Part shown: positions 39,801 to 52,505 of the stretch, piece by piece
Layout of the letters: each line of letters begins with the position of its first letter
Numbering within the stretch: the first letter of the stretch is position 1
Assembly (NCBI GenBank): GCA_965644265.1
Contig: OZ286469.1
Location: forward strand, 66,526,001 to 66,590,000
DNA from: Glycera tridactyla
Lineage: Eukaryota
DNA length: 64,000 bases
Direction of reading: 5' to 3'
Made by a program: the position numbers and the translations under genes
Notes under the pieces: model-generated
Database searches by the model: none
Told to the model about the DNA's origin: nothing
The model's input: only the letters and a program-made list of their open reading frames with translations

Positions 39801-42800
39801 AAATGCCACACAAGACACATCTGCTCACAGCCACACAGTCTTTTACCGACAGTCAACAACAGAGAAATAACACCTCGAGTGTCTGTGAATTCCATAAATT
39901 CTAGTTTTGGAAGATCTCACCCATGTCAATTGCATGGCTGTCACAGTATAGCCGAGATGGTGCTGACGTGACGTTAAACCAGAACCAACCAACTATCTCG
40001 TAACAGTGTTCAATAATCACGATTACTCAAATGTTTATTATCGTGGCACAAGAAGGCAGTAATAACTTCATCCTGCTCCTCAAATTACTTCATCCTGCTC
40101 CTCAGAAGCAAGTGTCTGAAATGGCACCTTGAGTGTCTGTGAATTTCTTATCATTTCACCTTCCGTTGGGGACCCAGGAGGAGGAGTCTTGGAAGATCCC
40201 ATCAATGTCCATTGCATGGGCGTCACAATATAGCCCAGATGGGGCTGACGTGACGTTGAACCAGAACCAACCAACCCAAACCAATCAACCAACCGTCTCG
40301 TATCAGTGTTCAATAATCACGATCACTCAAATGTTTATTATCATGACACAGGGAGGCAGAAATTACTCCATCCCCCCTTGGAAACGATACAGAGATCTGG
40401 CTCTGATCAGGTGAGTACTGCGTTTAGTAGAATGAACAGACATGACATTGTTATCAAGCCACGTTGCCTTCTGGCCCCCACCAGGAGCAAAGCTTAGTTG
40501 CGATGAATCCAATCTGAGCCCGTGGGTGGGGGCGAGCAAAGAATTCAGAACGCCAATCCACCTCGAGGGCAAGCAAGTTATACCACAATATGAGGTTCAC
40601 TATACTCATCCAACTGTAAGCATCTAGTTATGCAGTTACGGATGATTCCACGATACATTTTTCCCGGTCATTGACATCACTGGTTCCTACAGATAACATC
40701 TCATAATCAGGATCGAAATCTCTGGACAAGTATGATGACAGTTGATCACCATACTTCTCATATCTCTTCCGTGAAAGGCCAAGACCATTCAATTCTAGCT
40801 CCAGTGTCCAACATGTCGAGCCACCGATGCTCAAGGATTTGAAATTACATACAAATGGATGGATCTCTGCTTTGTGATCCAGTCTGTCAAGAGCCTGGAA
40901 CATTCTACGTGCATGGCTATAACCTGCTAAAATTCTCGGAGCACCAACCTCCACCAGATGCAATTTTACTTGTATCAATGTACTTGGCCAAGGTGGAAAA
41001 AGCTATGGGAGTCAGTTAAATCTTCATCTTCATCTTCAACGGAAGTGGTTTGATTCTTGCGTATATCATCTTGTGGATTGGCAGGAATATTTGCAAGTGT
41101 GTCAACTTGGTGTATGGTGTATGTGAACACCATCAAGATTTGCTAGCGGAGGTCAGTTAAGTGATCCCATGTCCACTGCGTAACACTGTGGCCAAAAATA
41201 ACTGACAGTGGAAGCTATGTGAATCAATCTCATGTTCACATGGTAATACCAGGGTCAACATTTTTGATAAAAAGAAATGACATGAATTTTTGCATTCTGT
41301 TAGGGACCCGGAAGGAGGAGTCTTGAATGATCCCACCCATGTCCATTGCATGGGCGTCACAATATAGCACAGATGTATCTGACATGACGTCAAAACCCCC
41401 AACGAAACAAAACAAACAATACGGCAGGAGGTTGATGCACACACTTAGAATGACAGAGGGCGACCTGGTTGGTACTTAGTACTTAAAATGCATAAAATCA
41501 GTCATTTGAAAGGCGTGGGTAGGCCAAGATCGATTTCACAGTGGAAGGCATATGAGGTACGTCGAAAAAACTGACAAATATTCACAAGCCAGGTTTGAAC
41601 TCGAGTTCATTCAGGTACGACTGAAATCATACGATTGATCAGACAGGGCAACTTGATTTGATGTCCATCGAATGGAGACACATGAAAATCAATTGATTGA
41701 GCGGGCCAACGATAATTCCACAAGTGTACGCAGATGTACCACAGGTGCAAAGATAGATAAGCAATCAATCGATTGGCGAATCTGAATGAGTCAAGATTAA
41801 TCTCAGGTCAAACCGAGATCAAGCTGAAGTTATGCATTTGTCTAATTGGCACACGTGAGTAAGCCAAGATCAAGCTGGGAGTGTGTGATACACGTTAGAT
41901 AAGAGATGAACTTGAATGAGACAAGATATGATGCTCTGATGCTCACTGTACGTGCCTCGGAAATCATCATGACATTCATTTGTTGTCCCTCTGCAGCAGA
42001 TAACATTGGTTTCAACTACCTGATATTATGAGACTGAAATTCATCTTAGCTTCACAAGACATGGCAATAATACGTGCTATTACTTTGTCACGGGCTTTCA
42101 CTATTGGAGTATCAGCCACGTGACATATCCTATCCTCATTGACGATGATTTCTGAGTGCCAAGCCAAGTCGGGATCCTCCTGCGAAGTCTCTTTGCTGAT
42201 CTGGATTTCATGATTCAAATGATTTAGAGACTAGATTTCTGACAATGTAGCAGTTTGGCTCATTGGCACCAGTTGCCATTCCTTGACAGCAGTGGATTGT
42301 TGTACCCCATCCTGATTGAAGTGGAATTTGTTTCCGTCCGCGTGTGTGGTATGGGCAATCAAACATTTGACTGTCTCGATTGGAACAAAGGTTTTTTAAC
42401 AGTTATGAATGAAGGACCTGTATACTCGATGAAATAAACCACCACAAGATCTGGCAGAGAAGTCTGCCACAAGTTGATTTGATGTGAGCATGACCTTTTC
42501 ATCGTCACCATTTTTAACCCAACGTACTCGATCCACCCCAGTGTTGTGCACCCAATGTGAGATCTTTCATCAAGAGGTATTGCAGACAGAGGATAAAGTT
42601 AGGTCCTATTTACTGTCTGAAATTGGAAGGTAACCCATCAAAACTAACTCATGAGTGTATTCGGGCCAAAATATACTCAGCAATTTTCAAGAAAATCCAA
42701 AAGGCATTGCTCCTTTTGAAATAAAGTTAAAAAATCACTTTGGAAGTTGTGACTACGACACACTCCAAGTATCACAAATGGACCTTGCTCAGATTGCAGA

Positions 42801-42915
42801 CTGGTACTGTGACTCAAATACCTCAACTTGACCCAGACCACAAAGGAGACCACCAACCCATCCCTATATAAAAGTAGATACCTAGAGATCAGGTCACATA
42901 GTGATCACGAGGCCA
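36805..42915. repeat. ~6.2-kb tandem segmental duplication, copy 1
   Basis: Colinear with 42916-49100 (e.g. 42255 vs 48448). Contains B pieces (36825-36914, 37425-37470, 37819-37987, 38501-38644) and A copies (38830-38994, 39864-39993, 40118-40294, 41274-41419), all +. Confidence 0.9.
42000..42700 (-). pseudogene. PIF1-family helicase C-terminal relic (Helitron/Helentron-like)
   Basis: PDLVVVYFIEYTGPSF (~42407-42454) and RKQIPLQSGWGTTIHCCQGM (~42278-42337), matching the PIF1 motif RxQxPLxxAWAxTIHKxQG. Confidence 0.75.
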
Positions 42916-45900
42916 GCTGATCAGTCTCTTCCTCTTCAGAATAACTTTCCTGTGTGCACGTAAAAGAACCACTGCCCCCTTTTACAAAAGTAGGGATGGC
43001 TCCCGACAGTAGTGCCTCTTCTCTTCAGCATTTTCAGTCCAATATAACCAAGGGTGGTTGAAAGGACCTTAAAGCCAAACAAACAAACTTCAAAAGAAAA
43101 GTTAATCTGGATCTATCATGTTCACTGAATTGCACCTCGCCTTACAACAGCTCCATCAAATCTTATCATTATCTTCCCACTTTTCCTCAATTTCTGTGCC
43201 TGTTTCATGCTGAACGTCAGCATATTCAATGAATTCTTGACTGAACTCTGTATGATTCTGGACAGGTCTCAGAATTTGAAGACTGTTGAAGTGTCTTGTA
43301 AATTGCAAGGCAAGCAGCACAATGTTTCAGTGAATGCTGCTGCTGGTCCTCAATATTAATTTGCAAAAGAATTTGTGTTGAAAGTTTTGAATGATATTGC
43401 TTTTCTCCATCCTTGTTGAAATTCATGATGGTTTTGGAATTTTCAACAATTTGATCAAGCCTGTCTATCACGAAAACAGAATCATGCTTATTGGAAGGCA
43501 TCATTTTCAGATTAACTCTCTTTATAATTGAATACCTGTCCAATGTTCCAGCTGTTTTGATATATGGATTCCATCTCTTTTCACACTGCAATGCACCTTC
43601 TCAGTCTGATATAACCCAAGAAGGTTGAGAGGATGTTTAATTCAAACAAAGTCACCGATAATCACCTCACGAAAACATTTTTGCCTCAAGGGAGTCTTCA
43701 TTGCAACCTTAGCATAGTGAGAAATGTGATTCTTACCAATAACTGCTGTGATGCTGCATCTGACAGCAATGCAAAAGCAGTGCTAGGTACTGTGTCCACT
43801 TATGTCTGCAAACACCAGTCTTCTCACCATGGTAGTGTGTGATCGCATGTATATACAGGATATTATTGCAGGGTAGAAAATCACAACAGGGCATACTTCG
43901 CTTCCTAATAGCAAATAATGATACTACAATAAATCACATTGGTTATTCTGTTTATAATGCATTAGAGATCACCAGTTTGAACTAAGTGCATGCCAAAGGC
44001 TGGCCATGTGTATCAGAGTCTGCTCCTGAATGCAAGTAAAGGAACCACTGCTGTCTATCGTGAAGAGTAGAGACTGCCCCCAACAGCGGTTCCTCTTGTT
44101 GAAGCATTTTCAGTCTGATAGATGATTGAAAGGACGATTCATCAGACACTCAGGAAACAATTTTCTGGATTTGCCTCGCCAATTCTCTCAAAAGTTTTCT
44201 TGAGAGGGACTTTACGACCAAAGATAATCTTTCCTTCATTACCTATCAATGAGTAAATGTTTTGAAAATCTTTCGTGGAGCATAATTCTCCTCATCATCA
44301 AGTTTCCTGCTTTCGATTTTTCTCTTCAATTATTGTTGATCTTTTAATAGGCATCACAGCACCTTTGACAAGGCCTTCTCAACTCTTTGGCGGGGTGGTT
44401 TTTGAAATTTAATAGCATCTCAATGATTCATCAATATTTTCAGCATCATATCTGATTTTAAGCAAAATGTGACCGAACAATATTTCGGATCTGTTCATGG
44501 GAGAGATTATTGACATTTGCTACTAGAGCATCGGTAGGGAAATCATAGCTTTTTGACTTTCACACAGGATTTTTCTTGACTATGGTTTCTTCAGCCTCTT
44601 TTTGGAGATAGGAATGCAATCACAGCTGAGCAGTCTCTTTCTTTACATAATCCTGTGGGTTGATACATGCCGTTAAGCCTCAAACAAACAAACAAACAAA
44701 CAAACTCTTTCTTTTCAGAATAACTTTCCTGTGTGCACGTAAAAGAACCACTTCCACCTTTTGCAAAAGTAGGAATGGCTCCCGACAGTAGTGCCTCTTT
44801 TATTCAGCATTTTCAGTCCGATATAGCCAAAGGTGGTTGAGAGGATGTTAAACCCAAACAAATAAACTTCGAAGGGAAAGTTAATCTGGATCTATCATGT
44901 TCACTGGATGGCACCTCGCTTTACAACAGCTCCATCAAATCCTTATTATTATCTTCCCACTTTTCCCCAATATGTGTGCCTATTCCATGTTGAACTTCAG
45001 CATATTCAATGAATTCTTGACTGAACTCGGATGATTCTGGACAGGTCTCAGAATTTGAAGACTGTTGAAGTGTCGTGTAAATTCCAAGGCAAGAAGCATA
45101 ATGTTTCAGTGAGTGCTGTTGCTGGTCCTCACTGATTATTGCCGAAAGCTTTGAAGAATATTGCTTTTCTCCATTCTTGTTGACATCCATGAAGATTTTG
45201 GATTTTTCAACAAATTGATCGAACATGTGTACTGCGAGAACAAAATCAAACTCATAAGAAGTCCAACGACAAAAGTTAAATCAGTAACTCGGTTCCCACT
45301 CTGGATCTGCACTATGGAAGATTTTCTGACTGGTACAGTGTACATGGACAGAATTTTGTGAATTTCAAAGCTGATTATACTAGGATTGAGTAACCGGAAA
45401 ATTCACATGTCTGAGGATGAAGAACACTTGTGAAATCACAGAATGGAATAGAACATTTCCCCGCAGAACCTACGGAGACATGGCGCCAGGACCAAATGTG
45501 AACTTTTCAAGCATTTCTTCCAATATCAAAGGCCGGCAGTGTTGATAAGAGTCTCTTCCTTGACGCACGTTAAAGATCCACTGCTGTCTTTCACAAAGAG
45601 TAGGGACGGCACCCGACAGGCAGTGACTCTTTTCTTCGGCATTTTCAGTTTTTCAGTCCGATATAACCCAAGCAGGTTTAAGTTGTTAAGAAACAACAAA
45701 AAACAATCAGAATATTATCCAGCATGACCCCAGTCGATGTGAGTGCAGAGTATAGTTGGATATTGTAACTAACCGAGCACAACATATTGCGGATTGGACA
45801 CCAAGGGACACAACTACAGATTTTCAAATAACTAACAATGTATCTAATCGATAAGAACATTAGGTCGTCAGCATCAGCCACTAAGCTTAAGCGCACTCAC

Positions 45901-48900
45901 ACTTAGGTCACAGTCTTACCAATAAGCAGCCAATATCCGCTCACAGGTACTCAGCCTCATCTGCTTACACAGTCAGTGAAATGCCACACAAGACACATCT
46001 GCTCACAGCCACACAGTCTTTTACCGACAGTCAACAACAGAGAAATAACACCTCGAGTGTCTGTGAATTCCATAAATTCTAGGAGGAGTTTTGGAAGATC
46101 CCACCCATGTCAATTGCATGGCTGTCACAGTATAGCCCAGATGGTGCTGACGTGACGTTAAACCAGAACCAACCAACTATCTCGTAACAGTGTTCAATAA
46201 TCACGATTACTCAAATGTTTATTATCGTGGCACAAGAAGGCAGTAATTACTTCATCCTGCTCCTCAAATCACTTCATTCTGCTCTTCAGAAGCAAGTGTC
46301 TGAAATGGCACCTTGAGTGTCTGTGAATTTTTTATCATTTCACCTTCCGTTGGGGACCCAGGAGGAGGAGTCTTGGAAGATCCCATCCATGTCCATTGCA
46401 TGGGCGTCACAATATAGCCCAGATGGTGCTGACGTGACGTTAAACCAGAACCAACCAACCCAAACCAATCAACCAACCGTCTCGTATCAGTGTTCAATAA
46501 TCACGATCACTCAAATGTTTATTATCGTGACACAGGAAGGCAGAAATAACTCCATCCCCCCCTTGGAAACGATACAGAGATCTGGCTCTGATCAGGTGAG
46601 TACTGCGTTTAGTAGAATGAACAGACATGACATTGTTATCAAGCCACGTTGCCTTCTGGCCCCCACCAGGAGCGAAGCTTAATTGCGATGAATCCAATCT
46701 GAGCCCGTGGGTGGGGGCGAGCAAAGAATTCAAAACGCCAATCCACCTCGAGGGCAAGCAAGTTATAACCACGATATGAGGTTCACTTCACTCATCCAAC
46801 TGTAATCATCTATTTATGCAGTTACGGATGATTCCACGATACATTTTTCCCGGTCATTTTCATCACTGGTTCCTACAGATAACATCACATAATCAGGATC
46901 GAAATCTCTGGACAAGTATGATGACGGTTGATCACCATACTTCCTATATCTCTTCTGTGAAAGGCCAAGACCATTCAATTCTAGCTCCAGTGTCCAAAAT
47001 GTCGAGCCACCGATGCTCAAGGATTTGAAATTACATACAAATGGATGGATCTCTGCTTTGTGATCCAGTCTGTCAAGAGCCTGGAACATTCTACGTGCAT
47101 GGCTATAACCTGCTAAAATTCTCGGAGCACCAACCTCCACCAGATGCAATTTTACTTGTATCACTGTACTTGGCCAAGGTGGAAAAAGCAATGGGAGTCA
47201 GTTAAATCTTCATCTTCATCTTCAACGGAAGTGGTTTGATTCTTGCGTATATCATCTTGTGGATTGGCAGGAATATTTGCAAGTGTGTCAACTTGGTGTA
47301 AGGTGTATGTGAACACCGTCAAGATTTGCTAGCGGAGGCCAGTTAAGTGATCCCATGTCCACTGCGTAACACTGTGGCCAAAAATAGCTGACAGTGGAAG
47401 CTATGTGAATCAATCTCATGTTCACATGGTAATACCAGGGTCAACATTTTTAATAAAAGAAATGACATGAATTTTCGCTTTCTGTTAGGGACCCGGAAGG
47501 AGGAGTCTTGAATGATCCCACCCATGTCCATTGCATGGGCGTCACAATATAGCACAGATGTAGCTGACATGACGTCAAAACCCCCAACGAAACAAAACAA
47601 ACAATACGGCAGGAGGTTGATGCACACACTTAGAATGACAGAGGACGACCTGGTTGGTACTTAGTAACTTGGAATGCATAAAATCAGTCATTTGAAAGGC
47701 GTGGGTAGGCCAAGATCAATTTCACAGTGGAAGGTATATGAGGTACGTCGAAAAAACTGACAAATATTCACAAGCCAGGTTTGAACTCAGAGTTCATTCA
47801 GGTACGACTGAAATCATACGATTGATCAGACAGGGCAACTTGATTTGATGTCCATCGAATGGAGACACATGAAATCAATTGATTGGCTAACAAGAGTGGG
47901 CCAACGATAATTCCACAAGTGTACGCAGATGTACCACAGGTGCAAAGATAGATGAGCAATCAATCGATTTGCGAATCTGAATGAGTCAAGATCAATCTCA
48001 GGTCAAACCAAGATCAAGCTGAAGTTATGCAATTGTCTAATTGGCACACGTGAGTAAGCCAAGATCAAGCTGGGAGTGTGTGATACACGTTAGATAAGAG
48101 ATGAACTTGAATGAGCCAATATATGATACTCTGATGCTCACTGTACGTGCCTCGGAAATCATCTTGACATTCATTTGTTCTCCCTCTGCAGCAGGTAACA
48201 TTGGTTTCAACTACCTGATATTATGAGACTGAAATTCATCTTAGCCTCACGAGACATGGCAATAATACGTGCTATTACTTTGTCACGGGCTTTCCCTATT
48301 GGAGTATCAGCCACGTGACATATCCTATCCTCATTGACGATGATTTCTGAGTGCTAAGCCAAGTCGGGATCCTCCTGCAGTCTCTTTGCTGATCTGGATT
48401 TCATGATTCAAATGATTTAGAGACTAGATTTCTGACAATGTAGCAGTTTGGCTCATTGGCACCAGTTGCCATTCCTTGACAGCAGTGGATTGTTGTACCC
48501 CATCCTAATTGAAGTGGAATTTGTTTCCGTCCGCATGTATGTCCGCAGGTATGGGCAATCAAACATTTGACTGGCTCGATTGGAACAAAGATTTTTTAAC
48601 AGTTATGAATGAAGGACCTGTATACTCGATGAAATAAACCACCACAAGATCTGGCAGAGAAGTCTGCCACAAGTTGATTTGATGTGAGCATGACCTTTTC
48701 ATCGTCACCATTTTTAACCCCACGTACTCGATCCACCCCAGTGCTGTGCACCCAATGTGAGATCTTTCATCAAGAGGTATTGCAAACAGAGGATAAAGTT
48801 AGGTCCTATTCACTGTCTGAAATTGGAAGGTAACCCATCCAAACTAACCCATGAGTGTATTCGGGCCAAAATATACTCAGCAATTTTCAAGAAAATCAAA

Positions 48901-49100
48901 AAGGCATTGCTCCTTTTGAAATAAAGTTAAAAAATCACTTTGGAAGTTGTGACTACGACACACTCCAAGTATGACAAATGGATCTTGCTCAGATTGCAGA
49001 CTGGTACTGTGACTCCTCAAATACCTCAACTTGACTCAGACCACAAAGGAGACCACCAACCCATCCCTACATAAAAGTAGATACCTAGAGATCAGGTCAC
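42916..49100. repeat. ~6.2-kb tandem segmental duplication, copy 2
   Basis: See copy 1. B pieces 42946-43088, 43597-43648, 43984-44140, 44725-44868, 45523-45706; C tail 44643-44705; A copies 46042-46177, 46302-46478, 47459-47604; all +. Confidence 0.9.
48190..48870 (-). pseudogene. PIF1 helicase relic, duplicate
   Basis: Same motifs at ~48471-48530 and ~48607-48654. Confidence 0.75.
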
Positions 49101-49816
49101 ATTATAGTAATCATGAGGCCATCTTCACTGATGAATCCCAATTGGACAGCAAAACACCAGCAGCTGTTCATACAGAATCACAAACCTATCACTGTAGGTC
49201 ACCTGATTGGTCAACAGTATTTTCAGCTGAATTGAAAGCCTTACTAATGGCTTCCAAATACATATTCGAGTCAGAAAAACGAAAGTCTATAATTTTCACA
49301 GATTCCCTGTCATCTCTGTAGGCCTTGCAGGGAAATCCCAGGAACAGTTTACTCTTGCAAATCTTAGAAGAGTATCAAATATTCAGAGATCATCAGAAGA
49401 CAGTCAGACTTTGCTAGATTCCAAGCCACATTAGAATTCTAGGTCATAAGGCGGCCAAAATTGCAGATCGCAATCATACTGTCAAGCATTCATTGCTTGA
49501 TGGTGAAACTAGTTCCCAAATTAGCGTAAAGCATCATAATGTGGAAATTAGAACATAGCTATTCATGAAAGTTGATTTTTTGCATGAATTTTAAGTATTT
49601 AGACAAATATGAATGGTATACATGCTAATCCAGTGCATGCCGACTGGGATATCTAAGGCTGGCCGTGTGTATGGAAGTTTTTCTGTATGCACTGCTGTCT
49701 TTCACAAAGAGTAGGGATGGCCTCCACCTGCAGTGCCTCTTTTCTTCAGCATTTTCAGTTCTCAGTCTGATATAACCCAAGGTGGTTGAACGGACGGTAA
49801 ACCTGAACAAACAAAC
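49031..49816 (+). mobile_element. Nimb/I-clade LINE RNase H fragment, internally deleted, + family B UTR
   Basis: IFTDES...STVFSAELKA...IFTDSLSSL...IPSHI; jumps to the LINE end and UTR. Confidence 0.9.
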
Positions 49817-50486
49817 ATTCAATGCAACCAAAAAAAGTGTCTCCCCCCCCCCCCCAATCAGACCCTAGGTTGGCGTCATATCTTTTGTGAGTTTTGCATT
49901 TGTTGGAACTTCAAGGAAGCTATGGAATATCACTCGAAGAACCTTTTCACTGCTACCAGTTGGGCACAGGACCTGCACTGATTTGTTGGTATTCAATATT
50001 GTATAGATGGCCTTCCTCAATTATTATATTCCTCAATATCTTCATTCTGTCTGTAGTCCAAGAGAGTTAAAATTGTGACATTGAATGCAAATTGCTGTTC
50101 ATAGCTTAGGGATTGGAATGGAACATCTGGAATTTGAACTGTATCATATGGCTCATATGTCCTTTCTGTTATTCAGAAAGCTATCCATGACTCATATCAT
50201 CTAGATAGAGAAGTGTTGTTGATGCCCAAATATGTTCTGAGCAATCTCTCCTGAGATATCTCCTGGGTGCTTCATCACAGCATTTGGATGAATGAGATTA
50301 AGCCAAAAAGGCTGTAGGTCAGTATTGGATTGATGCTGTGATCCAGCATCTGAGACTGGCATTGTCTTCTCTTGGCCTTTTCAACATCAGCCTTGACAAA
50401 ACGGACAAGCATCGAACTCGAGGAAGATGACAACAGACAATAGACAAATCTTTATTTTACGAGGCGACATCAGCATATTGATACAA

Positions 50487-50686
50487 CCAATGCATGCCGA
50501 CTGGGATATCAAAGGCCAGCCGTGTACATAGGAGCCTTCCTGTACGCACGTTAAAGATCCACTGCTGTCTTTTGCATAGAGTAGGGAGGGCCCCCGGCAG
50601 GCAGTGACTCTTTTCTTCAGCATTTTCAGTCCGATATAACCTAAGCGGGTATAAGTGACGTTAAACTCAAAGAAACAAACAAACAA
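50487..50686 (+). mobile_element. Family B copy
   Basis: 13-bp TSD CATATTGATACAA (50474-50486, 50687-50699). Confidence 0.95.
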
Positions 50687-50780
50687 CATATTGATACAAG
50701 GTACATTCATATAGTGAATACAAGCGATCAGAAACGAGTCTGATATATCTGCTGAGACCTGCGATCTGACTTCCTACGTA

Positions 50781-50954
50781 ATAACAGAAATGACACCTTG
50801 AGTGTCTGTGAATTTCATAAATTTTCGCCTTCTGTTGGGGATCCAGAAGGAGGAGTCTTGAATGATCCCACCCATGCCCATTGCATGGGCGTCACAATAT
50901 AGCCCGGATGGAGCTGACGTGACGTTAAACCCCCAACAAAACAAAACAAAACAA
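50781..50954 (+). mobile_element. Family A copy
   Basis: 12-bp TSD ACTTCCTACGTA (50769-50780, 50955-50966). Confidence 0.95.
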
Positions 50955-51124
50955 ACTTCCTACGTAGTCTTTACTATGGTGTTGTATAATACTATATATA
51001 ATAAAGAATTTATTTCAAATTATATATTTACTATTGTAATAGAATGATCTCCACCCATGACTGGCTTCCAATTGCAATATCCTGAATTGAGCGCCACTTT
51101 AGCCAGTGGAGAAACAGTAGTATC

Positions 51125-51874
51125 TAATCAAAGATCATCAAAAGACTGTTAGATTTTGCTGGATTCCGAGCCATATTGGAATTCCTGGAAATGAGGCAGC
51201 CGATAAAGCGGCCAAAAGGGCTCTGGGTTTGCCAGTCACTAAGATGGAAATCCATTATTCTGACTTCAAACCAAGAATAAAGCTCTATATTGACCAACTC
51301 TGGCAGAATGAATGAGGAACCAAAAAGCAGAATAAATTATATAGCATCAGACCAAAACTTTAGGACAGATTCCCTGTGAGAACTATGAAAAGAAGAGAGG
51401 AGATAGTACTTTCCCATCTGAGGATAGGACATACATATCTCACCCATTCACACCTGAAAAAACAAGGCAATCCTGATTGCTTTGCATGCGGATGCTATCT
51501 CACAGTTAAACATTTATTGCTCGACTGTAGAAAACTATCGCATCTAGAGTAAAGTATTACAATGTTGAAAATATGACGGAACTTTTCATGAAAATCGACC
51601 CAACAGACATATTTGATTATTTGCATGAATTGGGAATATTTAGACAAATATGAATCGTGTGCATGCTAACCCAGTGCATGCCGACTGGGATATCAAAGGC
51701 CGGCCGTGTTGATAGGAGTCTTTTCCTTTACGCACTTTAAAGATCCTCTGCTGTCTTTCACAAAGAGTAGGGACGGCCCCCGGCAGGCAGTGACTCTTTT
51801 CAGTTTTTCAGTCCGATATAACCCAAGTGGGTCTAAGTGACGTTAAACTTAAACAAACAAACAAACAAACAAAC
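51125..51874 (+). mobile_element. Nimb/I-clade LINE 3' end (RNase H C-terminus, CCHC knuckle, UTR = family B)
   Basis: [21 protein letters not shown]...LRIGHTYLTH...CFACGCYLTVKHLLLDC...DYLHELGIFRQI*, then UTR and (AAAC)n. Confidence 0.92.
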
Positions 51875-51969
51875 CAGCCCAACAAAATAGCTGAAGTAAA
51901 AGGAGATTCTTGTATCGGGATTGATGATGAGAGTTTCATCCTTGTGCAGTTTGGCGTTCATCAGCCCAA

Positions 51970-52499
51970 TTCTCGTCATGATTAGGACTGCAAACACCAA
52001 CCCAGTGCATACCTACTGGCCTTTGATATCTCAGGCGGCATGCTCTGGGTTTGTGTTTGCAGTCTTTCTGTATGGACGTAAAAGATCCACTGCTGTCTGT
52101 CGTGAAGAGTAGGTATCACCCCACGGCGCTGGTGCCTCTTTTCTTCAGCATTTTCTGTTTTTCAATCTGATATGACCAAAGGTGGTTGAAAGAACGTTGA
52201 GCCCTATACAAACAAACTGCAAAACAAACAAACTGCGAAATGCTGGATCCATCAATCAGAAATCGTGATGATTAAGACTGCAAACACAAACCAGTGCCTG
52301 CCGACTGCGATATCAGAGGCCGGCTGTGTATATAGGAGTCTTCCTGTATGCATGTAGAAGATCCACTGCTGTCTTTTGCAATGAGTAGGGATGGCCCCCG
52401 GCGGCGTGCCTCTTTTCTTCAGTATTTCAGTCCGATATAACCAAAGGTGGTTGAAAGGACGTCAAATCCTAAACAAATAAACAAACTGAATAAAAACTA
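51970..52499 (+). mobile_element. Two family B2 copies with an alternative 5' segment (51970-52235, 52262-52499)
   Basis: Both start tcgt(c/g)atgatta(g/a)gactgcaaacac. The second has TSD GATCCATCAATC(A/G)GAA at 52246 and 52500. Confidence 0.8.
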
Positions 52500-52505
52500 G
52501 ATCCA

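Noticed and set aside
40628-41100. hAT-like transposase reading (NVP...TGS...HRWL) on -
   Set aside because: Similarity is too weak and stop-ridden to call without a profile search.
50886-50930. Pistol-ribozyme-like CGUCAC/GUGACG followed by UUAAA in family A
   Set aside because: The downstream P2, pseudoknot and P3 are absent; the (AAAC)n tail follows immediately.
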